A stretch of DNA of 46,670 bases from Thermonemataceae bacterium (lineage in GTDB: Bacteria > Bacteroidota > Bacteroidia > Cytophagales > Thermonemataceae), in assembly GCA_036788275.1 (NCBI GenBank), contig DAIQNQ010000004.1, positions 1 through 46,670 of the forward strand, in the 5' to 3' direction. The notes below the pieces were generated by a model. The model searched no databases, was not told where the DNA came from, and saw nothing but the letters and a program-made list of their open reading frames with translations. Positions 43,370-46,670 of the stretch are shown in pieces. Positions within the stretch are counted from its first letter, which is position 1, and every line of letters begins with the position of its first letter. Position numbers and translations under genes: made by a program.

Positions 43370-45786
43370 GCTTTTTGCTTTTGTAGAAAAGGGAGGCGCT
43401 GGTACCATTTACGCTCGTCAATGTCTTCATAATAACCGTATCCATTACCATAGTTGTTTTTGCCCTCTGTAGAGTTGAGCACCAAGCCCAGCTGCTTGAT
43501 ATTGTGGTTGCGTTGGAGGCGCACAATGTTTTTTACAAAGGCTTTTTTAGAGTAATTAGCTCTGAGTACAAAAAGTTTGAGGTCAGCATTTTGCATAATC
43601 AAGATGCCGTCTGTAACCAAGCCTACGGGCGGGGTGTCAATAATCACCACATCGTAGAGGTCGTGCAGGCTGGCCACCAGCATATCAAACTCCTTGCGCA
43701 AGATTAGCTCTGAGGGGTTTGGGGGGAGTGGGCCTGCGGTGATGTAGTCCAGATTCTTTAGCTCAGAGTGCTGTATCACCTCTTCGAGTTGGTGTCTGCC
43801 TATCAGCACGGTGCTTATACCTGTATCGTTACCACTATCAAAGGCTTGGTGAATTTTGGGTTTGCGCATGTCGAGGTCTATGATAATGACTTTCAAGCCC
43901 GACAGCGCAATGATGCCTCCTAAGTTAATGGCTACGAAGGTTTTGCCCTCTCCGCTGATGGTCGAAGTTACTGAAATCACCTTTTTGGTATAGCGGAGGC
44001 GCTCTTCTCGTACACTGGGGAACATAAAATCGAGGTTGGTACGGATACTCCTGAAAGCTTCGCTGATAGACGATTTGGGACTTTGGTGTACCACAAGCTT
44101 GGAAACTTGCAGCTTTTGGCGCAAATATTTGGGGACAGTGCCCAAGATAGGAATGGCCGCCAGCTTCTCCAGCTCTCTTTGGTTAGAAATGGTATTGTGG
44201 AGGATGTATTTGCCTAAAATGAGCAAGAGGCTCAACACAATACCCAGCGCACCGGCACCAGCATAAATGCCCAGTTTGTTGGGCGATACAGGTATCACTG
44301 GCAAATCGGCAGGTGAGATTACCTCAAAGTCGGGTACTACACCGGCACCAGCCAAGCCGAGCTGAATTTTTTGTTTCATCAGCTCCGAATAGTAGCCTTC
44401 TACCAAGTTGTAGTTTTTTTTGATTTTGCCCAATTCCGTTTTTTTGGAGGGCAATCCCACAAAGCCACTTTCCATTTGTTGTATTTCACTTTCTATCTTT
44501 TGGAGTTTTTCGCGGGCATATTTTTTTGAACGCTCTACAATTTGGTTCACGATACTTCTGAGACTGTTTACCTTTTGTTCGGCGCGGGCATAGCCCAACG
44601 TACCCTCATACTCTGTGAGGGCAAGGGCATCTTTTTCTTGTTTGGCTTGGTTGAGTTGGGTGATGAGGTTGCTGAGGCTGCCGTCCAGCCCTTCGGGTAT
44701 AAAGAGGGCGCTGTTATCTACACCTTTGCTCAGGTTGATGGTGCTTTGCACACTTGTCAGCATTTGCACTTGTGCTTGTATTTTGAGGCGTTCTTCGGTG
44801 AGTTGTTGTATTTTCTGAAGATAATCGCCAATGGTATTTTCTACATCGTCTGTTTTATTCGAGATAATAAAGCCCTCCAGCGCCCCTTCTGCTTCATTGA
44901 GTTGGGCTTCTGTCTTTTGGATTTCCTCCTCCAGATAGCGCATTTTCTGGATATTTTCCCTGTTTTTTGTTTCGATGGTTTTGAGCGTGTAGAGGCTGTC
45001 CACCTTCCTCAGTACCTCCCTTGCTTTGTAGCGATTGTGGTCTTTGAAAGAAATTCCCATAATTTTGGCCGTAGGGTTCTGGATAACCGCCTCCAGATTG
45101 TCGTGGAGGTACTGCATCACGGCGGCTTTGTTGTAGAGCTTAAAGAAGAGCGGTGAGCCAATGTCTTGAAAATCTCTCTTTTTCTTGATAATCAAAAAGA
45201 AGTCTTGGTTTTGGATAGGCTCATCAAAGCGATGCTCGAGGGCGATTTCCTTACCAAACCAATCGTAGCTGAGTCTGAATGTATTTTCTTGCAAGTGCTC
45301 CACATAAAACTTTCGTCCAAAGAAAGCTTCGTTCCGAATAATATGCTCTACAATAAAAGGACTGTCGGTAAAAAGCTCTTGCTCCAAAATGCGCCCTTCG
45401 GCAAAATAGCCCACCGAGAGGTCAAGCGCTTTGATTACCTCTTCATAAATCAAGGGCGACTTTATCAGCTCCAACTCCCCCACAAGGTTGGTTTCTGAGG
45501 GTACTTGAAAAGGACTGAGTGCCTGCATACGCGCCTCCTGCTTGTTTTCCATTTTCAGGCTGGAGGTAGATACATACAAGGGCTTGATATAGCGCAAGGC
45601 CATGTAGGCACTCATGAGGCTGAGTGCGGGCAAGAGCAATAGCCAGTACCAGTTTTTACGCAAAATGCTTTTGAGCCTGTCCAAGTCAAACTCACTGAGC
45701 AGGTCGCTATCCTCCTCTTTTTCCATTGCATTGTTTTGCAAAAGCTGACGGTATTTTTCTTCCTCTTGTTGAAAATGGTCTATCAC
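43366..45786 (-). CDS. wzc: Polysaccharide co-polymerase / BY-tyrosine kinase (Wzc-like, PCP-2a)
   Basis: Four supporting observations:
- Two TM segments flank a large coiled-coil periplasmic domain.
- Walker A is SGEGKT.
- The DLDMRKP and VIIDTPP motifs are present.
- The C-terminal Tyr cluster is NNYGNGYGYYEDIDERKWY. Confidence 0.9.
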   Translation of the reverse strand: MIDHFQQEEEKYRQLLQNNAMEKEEDSDLLSEFDLDRLKSILRKNWYWLLLLPALSLMSAYMALRYIKPLYVSTSSLKMENKQEARMQALSPFQVPSETNLVGELELIKSPLIYEEVIKALDLSVGYFAEGRILEQELFTDSPFIVEHIIRNEAFFGRKFYVEHLQENTFRLSYDWFGKEIALEHRFDEPIQNQDFFLIIKKKRDFQDIGSPLFFKLYNKAAVMQYLHDNLEAVIQNPTAKIMGISFKDHNRYKAREVLRKVDSLYTLKTIETKNRENIQKMRYLEEEIQKTEAQLNEAEGALEGFIISNKTDDVENTIGDYLQKIQQLTEERLKIQAQVQMLTSVQSTINLSKGVDNSALFIPEGLDGSLSNLITQLNQAKQEKDALALTEYEGTLGYARAEQKVNSLRSIVNQIVERSKKYAREKLQKIESEIQQMESGFVGLPSKKTELGKIKKNYNLVEGYYSELMKQKIQLGLAGAGVVPDFEVISPADLPVIPVSPNKLGIYAGAGALGIVLSLLLILGKYILHNTISNQRELEKLAAIPILGTVPKYLRQKLQVSKLVVHQSPKSSISEAFRSIRTNLDFMFPSVREERLRYTKKVISVTSTISGEGKTFVAINLGGIIALSGLKVIIIDLDMRKPKIHQAFDSGNDTGISTVLIGRHQLEEVIQHSELKNLDYITAGPLPPNPSELILRKEFDMLVASLHDLYDVVIIDTPPVGLVTDGILIMQNADLKLFVLRANYSKKAFVKNIVRLQRNHNIKQLGLVLNSTEGKNNYGNGYGYYEDIDERKWYQRLPFLQKQKA

Positions 45787-45798
45787 TATCTCCGCATA

Positions 45799-46670
45799 TT
45801 AACGATTATTCAGTAAAATAATGGTAGTAATGAGCGTAGCCACACTCGTAACTACCCCCAGAAAAGGGGCAATGTCATTCAACGATTCCAAGACGGTTTT
45901 GCGCACCGGCTCCATGTAGATAATATCGTTGGGTTGCACCCGAAGGTTCACCCTGCGCAGGCCCTCTACCGTAGAGAGGTCTATCACATATACGTTGGGG
46001 GCTTGGAGGTCGCCGCGAATAAGGCGCATATTTTTAGCCCGTACATTGTTGGGTACTCCACCAGAGGCAGCAATGGCCTCGATTACGGTCATGTTTTCAT
46101 TTTGAATGGGCAGCACCGTGCCCATCTCTCCCTTGAGCACAATCACACGATTGTTTACACATTGGCTTCTGACGAAGCAGCCTTTGTAAATCTTTCCGAA
46201 ATATTCCGGCAAGGCCAAGAGGCTGTCTATTTGTCGGAGCTTCAGGTTGGCCACTTCCAATGCCCCTACCACGGGCAAATACACTTTGCCGTCGTCTTGC
46301 ACCAAAAAAGAGCTGAAATTAGCATTTTGTTGTTGGAGCGTAGGATTGTTCATCATTTGCTGCTGCATCTGCATTTGTTGTTGCGCCCCTTGCTGTGCCC
46401 CTTGCTGGTTGTTCATCATGATACCGTCCAAAGCCGGAATCCACTTTATTTCTTCGCCTGCATTAGAATACACCCTAAAGGCCAGCCGGTCGTTGGGCGC
46501 TACGAGGTAGTTGCTTTCCACTTCCATTTTTTTGGCAAGGAGCTGGTCGCTGATGAGGTCGCCATTGCTTCTAAACAAGATATTTTGGTTGTAGATACGG
46601 CAAGAAGTAGCCGCCAAAAGGAGTATGCCTAATAGGTATTTTAAAAAAAATCTGAGGTATGGAGATTTAT
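45799..46670 (-). CDS. wza: Polysaccharide export outer membrane lipoprotein (Wza-like), 5-prime partial at the window edge
   Basis: Poly_export-like YLVAPNDRLAFRV...VQDDGKVYLPVVGALEVANL plus SLBB-like repeats. The frame stays open upstream of the ORF-track TTG 46617 to the window end, reading KSPYLRFFLKYLLGILLLAATSC, a lipoprotein signal peptide with a lipobox. Confidence 0.88.
   Translation of the reverse strand, partial: KSPYLRFFLKYLLGILLLAATSCRIYNQNILFRSNGDLISDQLLAKKMEVESNYLVAPNDRLAFRVYSNAGEEIKWIPALDGIMMNNQQGAQQGAQQQMQMQQQMMNNPTLQQQNANFSSFLVQDDGKVYLPVVGALEVANLKLRQIDSLLALPEYFGKIYKGCFVRSQCVNNRVIVLKGEMGTVLPIQNENMTVIEAIAASGGVPNNVRAKNMRLIRGDLQAPNVYVIDLSTVEGLRRVNLRVQPNDIIYMEPVRKTVLESLNDIAPFLGVVTSVATLITTIILLNNR
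46318..46419 (-). repeat. Gln/Asn/Met-rich low-complexity insertion within the Wza coding sequence
   Basis: Encodes MMNNQQGAQQGAQQQMQMQQQMMNNPTLQQQNAN, built from CAA/CAG/ATG-rich DNA. Confidence 0.8.

Noticed and set aside
45934-46632. 232-aa plus-strand ORF. The same reasoning covers 44542-45156, 20714-21262, 21379-22056, 27905-28636, 5840-6565, 6572-7117, 7931-8830, 16943-17614 and 13814-14737.
   Set aside because: All lie opposite confidently identified genes (wza, wzc, engB, the DUF5606-like gene, the SBP gene, the photolyase gene, pyrC, sprA) and show shadow-ORF composition.
1-46670. CRISPR arrays, tRNA/rRNA genes, transposases, integrases, prophage genes
   Set aside because: None is visible. 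No regularly spaced direct repeats appear, no cloverleaf-sized conserved segments lie in the intergenic regions, and no ORF carries DDE transposase or tyrosine/serine recombinase motifs.

Overview
This 46.7-kb chromosomal window is most consistent with a Bacteroidota genome. The evidence is a 2397-aa SprA (type IX secretion/gliding) gene, many TAnnTTTG -7-type promoter boxes, signal peptides ending in AQ, and an FtsZ with a Bacteroidota-style C-terminal extension. It is densely packed with about 35 credible protein genes, mostly housekeeping: pyrC, ftsZ, ruvA, sprA, rpe, engB, pbpC, polA, def, ruvX, aconitase, rsmA, folK. I found no rRNA, tRNA, CRISPR array or transposase. Less ordinary content, in window order:
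- A tightly coupled pair of paralogous genes of unknown function (413-1499).
- A 120-bp MITE-like element with 13-bp terminal inverted repeats and a 5-bp flanking direct repeat (1611-1730).
- An ftsZ gene detached from ftsA and the dcw cluster.
- A 44-aa membrane ORF missing from the ORF track.
- A three-gene type-I-secretion-like cassette (ABC, HlyD, TolC; 31671-36882). By-eye alignment shows every catalytic motif of the ABC nucleotide-binding domain is degenerate, and no cargo gene lies nearby.
- A Wza-Wzc-PHP-phosphatase polysaccharide export module running off the right edge.
All functional calls rest on by-eye motif recognition in the supplied translations. No database search was run. I see no compelling evidence for a defence island or an obviously new multi-gene system; the ABC cassette and the paralog pair are the best candidates for follow-up.
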